From Diplonema japonicum (Eukaryota > Protista > Euglenozoa: Diplonemea), in contig OZ025748.1 of NCBI GenBank assembly GCA_964019335.1, forward strand, positions 277,249 to 341,248: 64,000 bases of DNA, in the 5' to 3' direction. A program made the position numbers and the translations under genes. The notes under the pieces are model-generated. The model saw only the letters and a program-made list of their open reading frames with translations, searched no databases and was not told the DNA's origin. Positions 37,151 to 49,665 of the stretch are shown in pieces. Every line of letters starts with the position of its first letter. The stretch's first letter is position 1.

Positions 37151-38281
37151 ATGGAAGATGACACATACACATATCAACTGTCGACTGGTTTCAGCATTTA
37201 CGTTGAAATGGCGAGACAGCTAGACAGCATGGGGTGGAAGCCCGTTAAAGGATCCCGGTTCCACGTCCTTCTGGGCGATAGGTTCGGTATCAAGTACGGG
37301 CAGCTTCTGGGGAAGGAGGCGATCGGTGTCGAGCAGTGCGTGAACTACTTCCCGAAGACGCATTTACTGACGTTGAAAACAGCCTTGGTGAGGAGGCTGA
37401 GGGAACAAGGCAAAAACCCGAACTGGCTTCCCGAGAGCTACATATTAATGAAGGAAACAAACGAGCAAGCCTTGGACGAGACAGCCCCTCCGTGGAAAAA
37501 GAACCGGAACACATCAAAAGACGCTCAGGAAGCAGAGCATGACAAGGCACGGTTCGCCGCCATACCTAAAGGGGATAAAGTTTGGATTCTGAAACCATCG
37601 TCGGCATGTGGGGGGCAAGGCATACACATCACCAACGACCCGAAGGAAGCGGTAGAGATCGTAGAAAAGGCCAACGGGAAAGGTCTCTTCGTGGCACAAC
37701 AATACATTGACAAACCGCTGTTGCTAGAGGGGGAAAGAAAGTTCGATATGAGATGCTGGGTACTTCTAACATGGGATTTCAAAGTACACCTGTTTACTGA
37801 AGGGTCGTTGAGGACAAGCAGCAGTACGTACAACTCGGACTACAAGGACTTGCCTGCCCATGTGACGAACCACTGCTTGCAAGAGACACAAGAAGGGTTT
37901 GGAAAGTTCGAGGAAGGGAACGAAATGTGGTACTCCGTCTTCGAGGCGTTCCTTTCCCAACACCACCCCACACGGTCGTTAGAAGCTGACGTCCTTCCCC
38001 AGGTCCGCGAGATTATATTAACTACGCTCGACTCCGTCAGGGAGCTGCTGTCTGTCGACGGTACATCTCAGTACCTTCCTTTTCAGCTTTTTGGCTACGA
38101 TTTCCTCGTGGACAGTGCGTTCAAAGTATGGCTGTTGGAGATCAACGGAAGCCCTGCCAGCGCCGAAAAGTTTAAGTCTGAAATGGTTGCGGACATTCTC
38201 CGCAAGACTGTCCACAGGCAGTTCCCCTTCATGCCTGCAGAGATCCCTGATGGTACACCGCACTTTGAGCTTATAAATTAG
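37151..38281 (+). CDS. TTL: Tubulin-tyrosine ligase family protein
   Basis: VNYFP..LTLK, WILKPS..GQGI, VAQQYIDKPLL, RKFDMR, HVTNHCLQ, FQLFGYDFLVD..VWLLEINGSP. Confidence 0.92.
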   Translation: MEDDTYTYQLSTGFSIYVEMARQLDSMGWKPVKGSRFHVLLGDRFGIKYGQLLGKEAIGVEQCVNYFPKTHLLTLKTALVRRLREQGKNPNWLPESYILMKETNEQALDETAPPWKKNRNTSKDAQEAEHDKARFAAIPKGDKVWILKPSSACGGQGIHITNDPKEAVEIVEKANGKGLFVAQQYIDKPLLLEGERKFDMRCWVLLTWDFKVHLFTEGSLRTSSSTYNSDYKDLPAHVTNHCLQETQEGFGKFEEGNEMWYSVFEAFLSQHHPTRSLEADVLPQVREIILTTLDSVRELLSVDGTSQYLPFQLFGYDFLVDSAFKVWLLEINGSPASAEKFKSEMVADILRKTVHRQFPFMPAEIPDGTPHFELIN

Positions 38282-38398
38282 ATGACAATTTATTTTTATT
38301 TTCTTTGTTAGAGCTTTGTTGTTTATTGTTATTCCCCCCCTTTGGTATCCCGACGGTTTTTACAAAAGAAAAAAAAAAAACAAACAAATGAAATAGGA

Positions 38399-39145
38399 AT
38401 GGAGTGGGACTTGAGAGATGTAAGCCCCGCACGGAGTGCTAGCGGTGGCTCACTGCGGTCTCCTTCAAACTCACCATTCGCACGCGAGCCGTATGAGGCG
38501 GAAACGGAGGGGGACACGGTTTTGCAAGATAAATTGAAGAAACGCCTAGCAGCAGCACAGTTGAAGCTGGATCTGGCACACAGGGCGAAGGGGTTGTGCC
38601 AACAACGGAACAGAGGAGTGGAGAAGATCGCGCTGCAATCGCCGAAACGAATTGTGAAGAAAGTGATCGCGCAGGACATCGTTTCGAAAGTGATCAAGGA
38701 AGGGGAAGAGGAAGAGGAGGCTAGGAAAGTACGGGCGAGCGCCTTTGAAAAGGCAGCTGTGGAAAACGAGAAACTACTGAGCACCTTGGAAAATCTACGA
38801 AACGAGTTGGGAGGGAAGCCATCGCCCAAGTCCCAGTGGTACCGATTGGTATGCAGCACAGCGACAGTGCACGCGGAGCCAAACACTGCGTCAGCACTGC
38901 TGGACATGAAATCAGGTTCGTGCACCGCTGAAGTACACGGAAGGACGCCAGACGGCTCGTGGTTAAAACTAGCCCCCTCTGGGTGGGTTCACTCTTCGAA
39001 CTGGATCGAGACCACCTTGCCTGAACTCGTTGTACAGCAGCAGCATGAAATCGCCTACCTCAAATCCCTTCTTTCCACAGAAACAGCACGAGCTGATACC
39101 GCTGAGGCCGAGCTTGCCACCCTCCGTAGACTCATAGAAACTTAG
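38399..39145 (+). CDS. Hypothetical coiled-coil protein with an SH3b-like segment
   Basis: YRLVCSTATVHAEPNTAS...VHGRTPDGSWLKL..GWV pattern. Confidence 0.6.
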   Translation: MEWDLRDVSPARSASGGSLRSPSNSPFAREPYEAETEGDTVLQDKLKKRLAAAQLKLDLAHRAKGLCQQRNRGVEKIALQSPKRIVKKVIAQDIVSKVIKEGEEEEEARKVRASAFEKAAVENEKLLSTLENLRNELGGKPSPKSQWYRLVCSTATVHAEPNTASALLDMKSGSCTAEVHGRTPDGSWLKLAPSGWVHSSNWIETTLPELVVQQQHEIAYLKSLLSTETARADTAEAELATLRRLIET

Positions 39146-39237
39146 AGATCCATATTTGAAACTTTTTTTGTGAACAAATAAAATGTAAAAATAAAAAAAA
39201 TACCCTCCCCAGAAACGGCGTTTGATTGAAAGAAAAC

Positions 39238-40458
39238 ATGGAAGGTTTTGTGGGGAACCAGATTTTAGTGCAGCCTGAAGCGGAGGCCATGGTGAGGGAC
39301 CTCGAGCCGTTCAGTATAGAAGATGTGGGCACGAAACAGTGGCAGCTGCAAAGAAAGAAGATGGAACAACTGAACTGCCAAGCACACTACAACACGTCCA
39401 AGGGAAGTGGGGACTTCGTCACAGATGCAGTACTGGGGCATGACAAGGTGACAGTCGTCATTCACGAACTGCTGGTCATCGAGCAGTGGAGGCGAAAGGT
39501 CTTCCCGTCCATCAGGGAGAAGGTAATGGCCATGAATCCCACGTGCCTCTACAGTCTTTTGTACTACGAAGGTGTTCTTGTCAATTTCCTGGAGCTGGTT
39601 TTCTGGACAGAAGAAGGGGTGGCACGGTGTGACGATGATCTCCTTGAGGTCCTCGACTATCTGTGGCGCAACATTATCACACTGAACTCCGCCAACGACG
39701 ATTATTGGCCGTCTCCTAGCAGCATCGAAGACATCAAGAGCGGTGCGGGCATCTCAAAGATGGACAGCGAGAGGCGGCAAGAGTTCACAATATGCATGAC
39801 CTCCATCTCCCTGCTGTGGTACATAATCGACAAGATGAAGGTGCTGCCGATGTCAGCAGTCAACAACATTCTGAAGAAGAATGACATGCCTGTTGGCTTG
39901 GCTGTTTTGTTGGACAACAGGCCGTGGCTGCGTAGAGGCACCGACGGGATGGAGAAGTTCATCACAAAAGAATGGAAAAAGGTGACCAGAGGTGACACGA
40001 TGGTGGTCTGTGAGTACGAGGCTCACGTGTGGTTCATGATGCATTGCTTGCTGACGAACCCCATCTGCAGAGAGAAGTACTCCTACACGGTCTGGAGGAA
40101 AGACCAGTTGCTCAAATGCAGAAAGTTCCTCAACGAGATACTGTTGGATCAGATACCCCCGCTTGCTGACCTTCAGCGTGCTTTGGACGAGCTTTCCTTC
40201 TTAGACCCCCCTGCTTCAGCTGAAGAGAAGTTCAAGTCCACCTTGGTGATCGAGCCTGTTCCGCGGCTCATGAACAGCATCCTGAAAGGCGCCAACTTCA
40301 AGTCCCTCTCCGCAATGCACGAAGCGCGCCTCACTGACAAGGCCACTGTGATGGAGCAGTCGAAGGAGATGTCGCAGATGATCGACCAGCTCATCGGCAG
40401 CTTGGAAGGTGGCGACATCGACGAGGCGCAGCTAGCCAGCATGATGAAGAACATGTGA
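39238..40458 (+). CDS. ZMYND10: ZMYND10/BLU-like dynein-arm assembly factor lacking the C-terminal MYND finger
   Basis: EAEAMVRDL..EDVG..W..Q..EQLNCQA, HDKV..IHELL..EQWRRKVFP, RPW and LNEILLDQIPPLADLQR. Confidence 0.8.
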   Translation: MEGFVGNQILVQPEAEAMVRDLEPFSIEDVGTKQWQLQRKKMEQLNCQAHYNTSKGSGDFVTDAVLGHDKVTVVIHELLVIEQWRRKVFPSIREKVMAMNPTCLYSLLYYEGVLVNFLELVFWTEEGVARCDDDLLEVLDYLWRNIITLNSANDDYWPSPSSIEDIKSGAGISKMDSERRQEFTICMTSISLLWYIIDKMKVLPMSAVNNILKKNDMPVGLAVLLDNRPWLRRGTDGMEKFITKEWKKVTRGDTMVVCEYEAHVWFMMHCLLTNPICREKYSYTVWRKDQLLKCRKFLNEILLDQIPPLADLQRALDELSFLDPPASAEEKFKSTLVIEPVPRLMNSILKGANFKSLSAMHEARLTDKATVMEQSKEMSQMIDQLIGSLEGGDIDEAQLASMMKNM

Positions 40459-40577
40459 GGGTCTCTGTCTCATGGTGTTTTCCTTTTTGGTATTCGCGTA
40501 GTTTTTAACTTTGCTTTAATTATTTTTAACTTACCCTTGTTTTCGGTTCATATTTTCAGCTAAGCCTTACAGGTCTT

Positions 40578-43500
40578 ATGGCAACCGATTATGAAATGCA
40601 AGAGTTGCCTCCCCCAGAGGGTGGGGAGGTGGCAGCAGAAGGCGAGGACCTCTTCGAGGAGCCTGCGGAGGACCTTGTGCAAGAAGAGTGGGCCGACCCC
40701 ATGCAGCCTGGGCAAGAGCTGTACGCCTACGGGGAGGAAGGGGAAGAGCACCCTCTTGAGCCGCCGGCACCCATGCCTTTGCACGACGCCGTTGAGGGAG
40801 AAGGGATAGTGGAGGCTGAGGACGGGATGATGGAGGGAGGGGAAGAGGAGGAAGGGGAGGAGTACGACGGCGAGGAGCGTGACGAGGAAGGGCTCACGAA
40901 GGAGGAGAGGAAAGAGAGGGACAAAGCAGCGAAGAGGGAAGGGGAGGAAGCGAGAAAGCTTCAGAAACAGGAGGAGAAGGACCGGAAGAAGGAGGAAAAG
41001 AAACGGAAGAAGCTCGCGAAGCAAGAGGAGAAGGAGCGTCTTGCGGAGGAACGAGCAAGGGAGCGGGCACAGCGTGGGGTGGATGACGACGATGATGATG
41101 ATGATGATGATGACGATGAGGACGAAGAGGAGAGGAGGCGCCGTCGCAGGAAGGCGAAGGGGGAGAAGTTTACGTGCTACGGGTGGATGAACAAGGTGGC
41201 GCAAGAGATCGGGTTCAGCACGTGGTTCCGGGTGTACGTGCTGTACCTTCTCTTCTGCAACCTAACCTTCGTGACGCTTCTCGGGTACCACTTTATGATG
41301 GCGGCTGGCTACCGGATGGTGGTCCCTCCTGTGTCGAAGACCTTCTTCGTGAGCTTCACGATGTTGTGCACCTTCTTCGTGTCGATGACCTTGTTCAACA
41401 CCTTCATCTGGCTGAACATTCGCCTCGTGGTGAGTTGGCTGGGGATGACTCGTGAGAGCTGCAACCTGTTCTTCCTCCCGAACCGCTACGAGGACCCTGT
41501 GAAGGCAGTGCGCCTGCGAGACTACCAGCTCCTTCTCTTCGAGCTGGCCGTTCTTGTGGTTCCCTTGGTCTACTCTGTGGTCAAGGTGGTGACAGGTGGG
41601 GAGCTTGCGACCTCCGTTGTGGGTCATTTTTCCTTCGTCTCCTTTGTGGTTTTCGGGATCCTGTTCGCCGCTCTTTGGGTCTACTTCTGGTTCCGCTCCA
41701 TTCGTGCGAAGAGCAAGGCTTGGCGTCTTGGGAACAAGCTTCTGAAGGAAGCAAAGGCTGCTGAGAGGTACAGCGACAGTGAAAGCGATGAAAGTGAAGA
41801 GAGCGAAGAGGATGAAGATGACGACTCCGAAGAGGAGAGGTGTGTGACATAATAAAATAAAAGGGTTGTCAGAACAACAACAACAAATACAGAAGGAAGA
41901 AGAAGAAGAAGAAGAACAAGAAGAGGAGGGGAGACGACAGCAGCGACGATGATGATGATGACGACAGGTAAGTACAGGGGTTAACACAACACAACACAAC
42001 ACAACACAACACAACACAACACAACACAACACAACACAACACAACACAACACAACACAACACAACACAACACAACACAACACAACTAATAGGAGGAAGAA
42101 AAGGAAGAAGAAGAACCGTCGTGACGACGATTCAAGTGAGGAAGAGGAAAGGTATGCCAAACAATCAGTTTCTTAATCATCTTTTTTTTTTTTTTACAGG
42201 AGGAGAAAGAAGAAGGCAAAGAAAAGGCGGAAGTCTGGGAAGTCGGACTCCGAGAAGGAACAAAAGCCTCGTGTTCCGTGGCACCGCAGGAAACTTGCAA
42301 ACCCCCTTGTGATGGCAGAGTTTGGTGTGGACCTGTTCAGCATCCAAGCCTATGTGCTGCATTGCATCATGGGGGTCATATGGCTCGTGGTGGTGTCGTT
42401 CCCAATCGGGACAGCGGACGGGGCTCCCGTAGAGTGGCTTGCCATCACGGCGGTGGCGCTGATCGGTGGGCTGTTCATGTTGAGGATGGGCCCCTCGAAG
42501 AAGAAGGCGAAGAAAGTGGCGAACAGGCAGAGGCATGCGACCTTGGTGATGATGACTGTGTGGTCCCTGTTCATGTTGGTCGGGGTGATCGCCGCCTTCG
42601 CCGCGAGCATGACGTGGGCTGGGCTTCTGCTCTTTGTGATGCTCCTGATGACGCAGCTGCTGACCGTGAGGCGCCACGACATGCACGTGAGAGAGGAGGG
42701 GGAACCGGGGGCGATGTTCCTTCCCTACACGAACCACGAGAAGAAGGAGAACAAGCGCTGGATACGATGGGGACGCCCTGCCATGTGGATCCCGCTCATC
42801 CCTTGTGGGGACGTGTTCCGTGTGTGCTTCAAGCGTGGGTGCTGTATGGAGCCTCCTGTTCTGAACCCGAACGGTGGTGGGTACGGGGAGCTGAAGGCGA
42901 CGGCGCCCGTCACCGCTGTTGATGGTGGTGCCGATGTTGATGCCAGTGGTGCTGGTGCTGGTGCTGACGGATCTCCCCCGCCCCCCGCTGCAGTGGTGGT
43001 GACGATGGACATGAGGGACGGGAGGCAGGACAAGATCATTCGCCCTGCGGCTTGCCCTGGGTACAAGCTCCCTGGGGCTGAGAGCGAGTACGTGAAGACG
43101 GCCAAGGGGAAGACGCGGTTGGGACGGGAGGTGTACTTGAACAGGAGGGAGCGCGTGCTGATGGCCGACGCAATGGTGATGACCTGGTACTTCGCTGTTT
43201 ACCTCATTGTGCTCGGGGTGGTGTACGGCTTCGGGGACTGGCTCCAGCCCGCACCTGGTCTGGGGACACCCACCTCCGGGGGAACGACGCCAGAAAGCTC
43301 TCCGTATGCAGTGTGCATGATGCCGAACTTGTGGCAGGGGCACTCCATCCAGGACTTCGCTTTTTTGAACTACCAGACGCTTCTCGACGCTGACGGCCAG
43401 GGGGCACAGGGGCTGACCACGTGGTTCCCCTCCGCGAGAGTGGCGAACCGCTCGAGCATGGATGCGACCTTCATCGCCGAGAGAGGGCATCCCGTCGGAT

Positions 43501-44159
43501 GGGTGCACTACTCCACAGGCAGGGGGGAGGTGATCGTGTTGTACGGGGACAGCCCGAAGAAGGAATGGATGCGCGACGTGGACACATGGGGCGAGGCGGG
43601 GTTGTACCAGCTCCTCGGGGCACTGAACCCTTTCTTCGCCCTGTGGCCCCAGTCCAACCAGGAAGGGTTCGTGAAGGCCGCCGGCTACGTGAAGAAGGGG
43701 ATGGAGCAACAGAACCCACTGGCCCCTGTGGAGCGGTACCTGCAGTCGGTCCTCACAGACGGCAACACGGATCGCGTGTACCTCTCTGGACACGGGCCCT
43801 ACGGAGGCTGGGCGAAGATCCTGTGGCAGAAGGTGAAGGGCGGTGCCACTTCGGCGAGCGCAGCGAAGCTGGAAGGGGTGGTGGCGTTCGCACCTCCCGG
43901 GACACGCTGGACGGGCGAGAGGCTTGACGCACCGGCCCTGTCTACATCGAACGAGGTGTCGCTCGTCCCGAGGCGTGCGGCCCTCTCTCTCATCGACAGG
44001 CAGACGGGGTTCGTGCAGGAGACAGAGTGTGACACTGCAAACAGCATCACAGCCTGCCAGACGATGGACGTCCTCCTCTGCGAGCTCCTGAAGAGCTGCG
44101 GTGACCCGGATGGCAGGTCCTACACAGGCTTCACCGCAGACGGCAAGTGCAAACTCTGA
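40578..44159 (+). CDS. Multipass membrane protein with a C-terminal lipase-3-like domain, probably inactive; copy 1; introns 41840-41892, 41968-42091, 42152-42199
   Basis: Three phase-2 GT-AG introns join ORFs 40578 and 42309 in frame. Motifs: EWMRDVDTW, VYLSGHGPYGG, VVAFAPPG, CELLKSCGDP. Confidence 0.75.
41984..42085 (+). repeat. (ACAAC)n microsatellite filling intron 2; shorter in copy 2 (47211-47291)
   Basis: Read directly from the sequence. Confidence 0.95.
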
Positions 44160-44991
44160 AAAATGAATCATCAAGGAAGAAAGAAATAAAATAAGAACAG
44201 TGAAATGTAGATGAACGAAAAAAAAAAAGAAGGGATTTTTTTGTTTTTGAAATGTATTTTATTGGACCGAAGAAGAGAAATTCTGGAAACTACCGTCGTG
44301 CCAAGTCTGTTTGATGGCCTGACATTGCAGCTTTTACCCCACCCCCCCTTTTTTTAAAGGTCCTGGGGGAGAATTATTATTTTTTTGTTTAGGGCGGCCC
44401 TCCTGAGGGGGTTTGTCCTGCACTTTGAGTTTTGTTCATTATAATTACCAGATTTGAGATTATTATGTACCGTGAAAAGTCCCAAATTGGGGGGGGGTTT
44501 TTTAAAAGGTACATATAATTTTTTGCAGTACGACAATAAATGTGGTGCATTATAGAATACCCAGAAATGTCCCTTAACCCCAATCCTGCCTGAGCATGTG
44601 GATCAACTGTGTCACCGGGCTGTTTTCCCGAAGATTCAGGGAATCGCGATTTTTTGGAAAACCTGAAAAAAAAACCAGGGTTTTTAGGAGGGGTTTGATA
44701 CCCCCCTCCCCTTGTTTTTTCAGAATAAAAGCAATAGAAAAAGAAAATAGAAGTTCTACTGCACTCTCCAGCCTCTACCAATTTTTAATTGGTAAACCCT
44801 GCTAGTGTGTGTGGTGAGGACGCAAACAAAGAGCCGGCTGAAGGTACACACCTGAAGAGGCCCTCCGCAAGTATCTATCTTGGCCTAGCCTTGTGGGTTG
44901 ATGTGGCAGGTGCCGCAAGCTTGGACCGCTTTAATTTACCCCCCCCTTTTTTTCAGGCGTCCTGCCACATACCGCAGGTACCCTTAAATGT

Positions 44992-45032
<41 letters not shown>

Positions 45033-45805
45033 CTAAGGTGGTGGGGATAACATGAAAATATAAGAAAAACATCAGATGTGTTGTTCGCTGTTGACCTCCT
45101 CGTCGGTCATCACCGGTAGCGCCCGAGTGGAATAATGCAGATGCTCAGGGTGACGAACAGGCAGCAAACTGCACGAGCGCAGAATCTTGGTTACCCGGGA
45201 CGCACCGGCTGGGGTTGAGCTGTACACCGCACGCATTAAGGACACGACGCGGAACGCAGAAGAAGCTACAACTCGGCCGCGGTGCGCCCCCTGTAATCAA
45301 GTAGACGGTTCTTGTGCAGGGCGCCGCCAACACCGGCCTCCTTTAACTCATATTTTTTTTTTTTTTTTTTTTTTTTCCCCCATTCCCCTTTCATTCTTTC
45401 CTCGATTCCTAGCACTGAAAAAGGAAACGGGGTTTTTTTTTTTGTTTTTTGTTTTCTTGCTCTATCGTGTAAAACAGTAAGATTTCTCTGGAACCCCTCA
45501 AGGTTCTTCCAAATATCGGCTGCCAAAAGATATAGTTTAGGCAAACACCCCCCCCCCCCCCCCCCCCCCATATGTGACATTTCAATATAAAGCGAGGTGG
45601 AAAAGAAAGAAAAAAAAATAGAGAAAAAAATACAAAAAAAAGAAGAAGAAAAAAAGAAATAGCATCCGTTCTGTTCTCTGTTTTGTCTAGTGCCCACACG
45701 GACACCTTTATTGCATACACACCCTTTACATGTAGTATCTATGTCTTACCTTTTAGTTGTCTCCCCCCTTTGATCTCTCACATCGCACACAGGAACACTG
45801 CCTAA

Positions 45806-48800
45806 ATGGCAACCGATTATGAAATGCAAGAGTTGCCTCCCCCAGAGGGTGGGGAGGTGGTAGCAGAAGGCGAGGACCTCTTCGAGGATCCTGCGGAAGA
45901 CCTTGTGCAAGAAGAGTGGGCCGACCCCATACAGCCAGTGCCCGGGCAAGAGATGTACCACGGGGAGGAGTGGGAAGAGCACCCTCTAGACCCTCCAACA
46001 CCCATGCCTTTGCCTGACTCCGTTGGGGAACAGATGGCGGAAGAGGAGGACGGGATGATGGAGGGAGGGGAAGAGGAGGAAGGGGAGGAGTACGACGGCG
46101 AGGAGCGTGACGAGGAAGGGCTCACGAAGGAGGAGAGGAAAGAGAGGGACAAAGCAGCGAAGAGGGAAGGGGAGGAAGCGAGAAAGCTTCAGAAACAGGA
46201 GGAGAAGGACCGGAAGAAGGAGGAAAAGAAACGGAAGAAGCTCGCGAAGCAAGAGGAGAAGGAGCGTCTTGCGGAGGAACGAGCAAGGGAGCGGGCACAG
46301 CGTGGGGTGGATGACGACGATGATGATGATGATGATGATGACGATGAGGACGAAGAGGAGAGGAGGCGCCGTCGCAGGAAGGCGAAGGGGGAGAAGTTTA
46401 CGTGCTACGGGTGGATGAACAAGGTGGCGCAAGAGATCGGGTTCAGCACGTGGTTCCGGGTGTACGTGCTGTACCTTCTCTTCTGCAACCTAACCTTCGT
46501 GACGCTTCTCGGGTACCACTTTATGATGGCGGCTGGCTACCGGATGGTGGTCCCTCCTGTGTCGAAGACCTTCTTCGTGAGCTTCACGATGTTGTGCACC
46601 TTCTTCGTGTCGATGACCTTGTTCAACACCTTCATCTGGCTGAACATTCGCCTCGTGGTGAGTTGGCTGGGGATGACTCGTGAGAGCTGCAACCTGTTCT
46701 TCCTCCCGAACCGCTACGAGGACCCTGTGAAGGCAGTGCGCCTGCGAGACTACCAGCTCCTTCTCTTCGAGCTGGCCGTTCTTGTGGTTCCCTTGGTCTA
46801 CTCTGTGGTCAAGGTGGTGACAGGTGGGGAGCTTGCGACCTCCGTTGTGGGTCATTTTTCCTTCGTCTCCTTTGTGGTTTTCGGGATCCTGTTCGCCGCT
46901 CTTTGGGTCTACTTCTGGTTCCGCTCCATTCGTGCGAAGAGCAAGGCTTGGCGTCTTGGGAACAAGCTTCTGAAGGAAGCAAAGGCTGCTGAGAGGTACA
47001 GCGACAGTGAAAGCGATGAAAGTGAAGAGAGCGAAGAGGATGAAGATGACGACTCCGAAGAGGAGAGGTGTGTGACATAATAAAATAAAAGGGTTGTCAG
47101 AACAACAACAACAAATACAGAAGGAAGAAGAAGAAGAAGAAGAACAAGAAGAGGAGGGGAGACGACAGCAGCGACGATGATGATGATGACGACAGGTAAG
47201 TACAGGGGTTAACACAACACAACACAACACAACAACACAACACAACACAACACAACACAACACAACACAACACAACACAACACAACACAACTAATAGGAG
47301 GAAGAAAAGGAAGAAGAAGAACCGTCGTGACGACGATTCAAGTGAGGAAGAGGAAAGGTATGCCAAACAATCAGTTTCTTAATCATCTTTTTTTTTTTTT
47401 TACAGGAGGAGAAAGAAGAAGGCAAAGAAAAGGCGGAAGTCTGGGAAGTCGGACTCCGAGAAGGAACAAAAGCCTCGTGTTCCGTGGCACCGCAGGAAAC
47501 TTGCAAACCCCCTTGTGATGGCAGAGTTTGGTGTGGACCTGTTCAGCATCCAAGCCTATGTGCTGCATTGCATCATGGGGGTCATATGGCTCGTGGTGGT
47601 GTCGTTCCCAATCGGGACAGCGGACGGGGCTCCCGTAGAGTGGCTTGCCATCACGGCGGTGGCGCTGATCGGTGGGCTGTTCATGTTGAGGATGGGCCCC
47701 TCGAAGAAGAAGGCGAAGAAAGTGGCGAACAGGCAGAGGCATGCGACCTTGGTGATGATGACTGTGTGGTCCCTGTTCATGTTGGTCGGGGTGATCGCCG
47801 CCTTCGCCGCGAGCATGACGTGGGCTGGGCTTCTGCTCTTTGTGATGCTCCTGATGACGCAGCTGCTGACCGTGAGGCGCCACGACATGCACGTGAGAGA
47901 GGAGGGGGAACCGGGGGCGATGTTCCTTCCCTACACGAACCACGAGAAGAAGGAGAACAAGCGCTGGATACGATGGGGACGCCCTGCCATGTGGATCCCG
48001 CTCATCCCTTGTGGGGACGTGTTCCGTGTGTGCTTCAAGCGTGGGTGCTGTATGGAGCCTCCTGTTCTGAACCCGAACGGTGGTGGGTACGGGGAGCTGA
48101 AGGCGACGGCGCCCGTCACCGCTGTTGATGGTGGTGCCGATGTTGATGCCAGTGGTGCTGGTGCTGGTGCTGACGGATCTCCCCCGCCCCCCGCTGCAGT
48201 GGTGGTGACGATGGACATGAGGGACGGGAGGCAGGACAAGATCATTCGCCCTGCGGCTTGCCCTGGGTACAAGCTCCCTGGGGCTGAGAGCGAGTACGTG
48301 AAGACGGCCAAGGGGAAGACGCGGTTGGGACGGGAGGTGTACTTGAACAGGAGGGAGCGCGTGCTGATGGCCGACGCAATGGTGATGACCTGGTACTTCG
48401 CTGTTTACCTCATTGTGCTCGGGGTGGTGTACGGCTTCGGGGACTGGCTCCAGCCCGCACCTGGTCTGGGGACACCCACCTCCGGGGGAACGACGCCAGA
48501 AAGCTCTCCGTATGCAGTGTGCATGATGCCGAACTTGTGGCAGGGGCACTCCATCCAGGACTTCGCTTTTTTGAACTACCAGACGCTTCTCGACGCTGAC
48601 GGCCAGGGGGCACAGGGGCTGACCACGTGGTTCCCCTCCGCGAGAGTGGCGAACCGCTCGAGCATGGATGCGACCTTCATCGCCGAGAGAGGGCATCCCG
48701 TCGGATGGGTGCACTACTCCACAGGCAGGGGGGAGGTGATCGTGTTGTACGGGGACAGCCCGAAGAAGGAATGGATGCGCGACGTGGACACATGGGGCGA

Positions 48801-49365
48801 GGCGGGGTTGTACCAGCTCCTCGGGGCACTGAACCCTTTCTTCGCCCTGTGGCCCCAGTCCAACCAGGAAGGGTTCGTGAAGGCCGCCGGCTACGTGAAG
48901 AAGGGGATGGAGCAACAGAACCCACTGGCCCCTGTGGAGCGGTACCTGCAGTCGGTCCTCACAGACGGCAACACGGATCGCGTGTACCTCTCTGGACACG
49001 GGCCCTACGGAGGCTGGGCGAAGATCCTGTGGCAGAAGGTGAAGGGCGGTGCCACTTCGGCGAGCGCAGCGAAGCTGGAAGGGGTGGTGGCGTTCGCACC
49101 TCCCGGGACACGCTGGACGGGCGAGAGGCTTGACGCACCGGCCCTGTCTACATCGAACGAGGTGTCGCTCGTCCCGAGGCGTGCGGCCCTCTCTCTCATC
49201 GACAGGCAGACGGGGTTCGTGCAGGAGACAGAGTGTGACACTGCAAACAGCATCACAGCCTGCCAGACGATGGACGTCCTCCTCTGCGAGCTCCTGAAGA
49301 GCTGCGGTGACCCGGATGGCAGGTCCTACACAGGCTTCACCGCAGACGGCAAGTGCAAACTCTGA
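45806..49365 (+). CDS. Membrane pseudo-lipase, copy 2; introns 47068-47120, 47196-47297, 47358-47405
   Basis: Matches copy 1 except for the first ~80 codons and microsatellite length. Confidence 0.75.
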
Positions 49366-49665
49366 AGTATCAAAGTCCTGTTGTGTGAAATAGATCATTT
49401 TTAATTTTTATTTCCCCCGTTTCAGCAAGTAGCGGATCTCGGCTGATAGTTGTTTTATCGATTTGTAGATTTTTGCTTTGTGTTTCCAACCCCACCCCGA
49501 TTTGCTTGATTCAGATCTTTATAAAATAGAAAAAAAAAAAAAAAAAAAAAATAGAAGCAGTGTGCTGTTAGATGGCTGCCGCACCTCCTCTCCCTTCCTA
49601 CTTTTTATTGTCTTTTCTACCTTTTTTTACAAGTCACCTTTATGACACACAGGACCCGTACAAAC

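Noticed and set aside
42177-44174. Long antisense ORFs (665/671 aa; also 59830-61071 on +)
   Set aside because: Shadows of codon-biased genes on the opposite strand.
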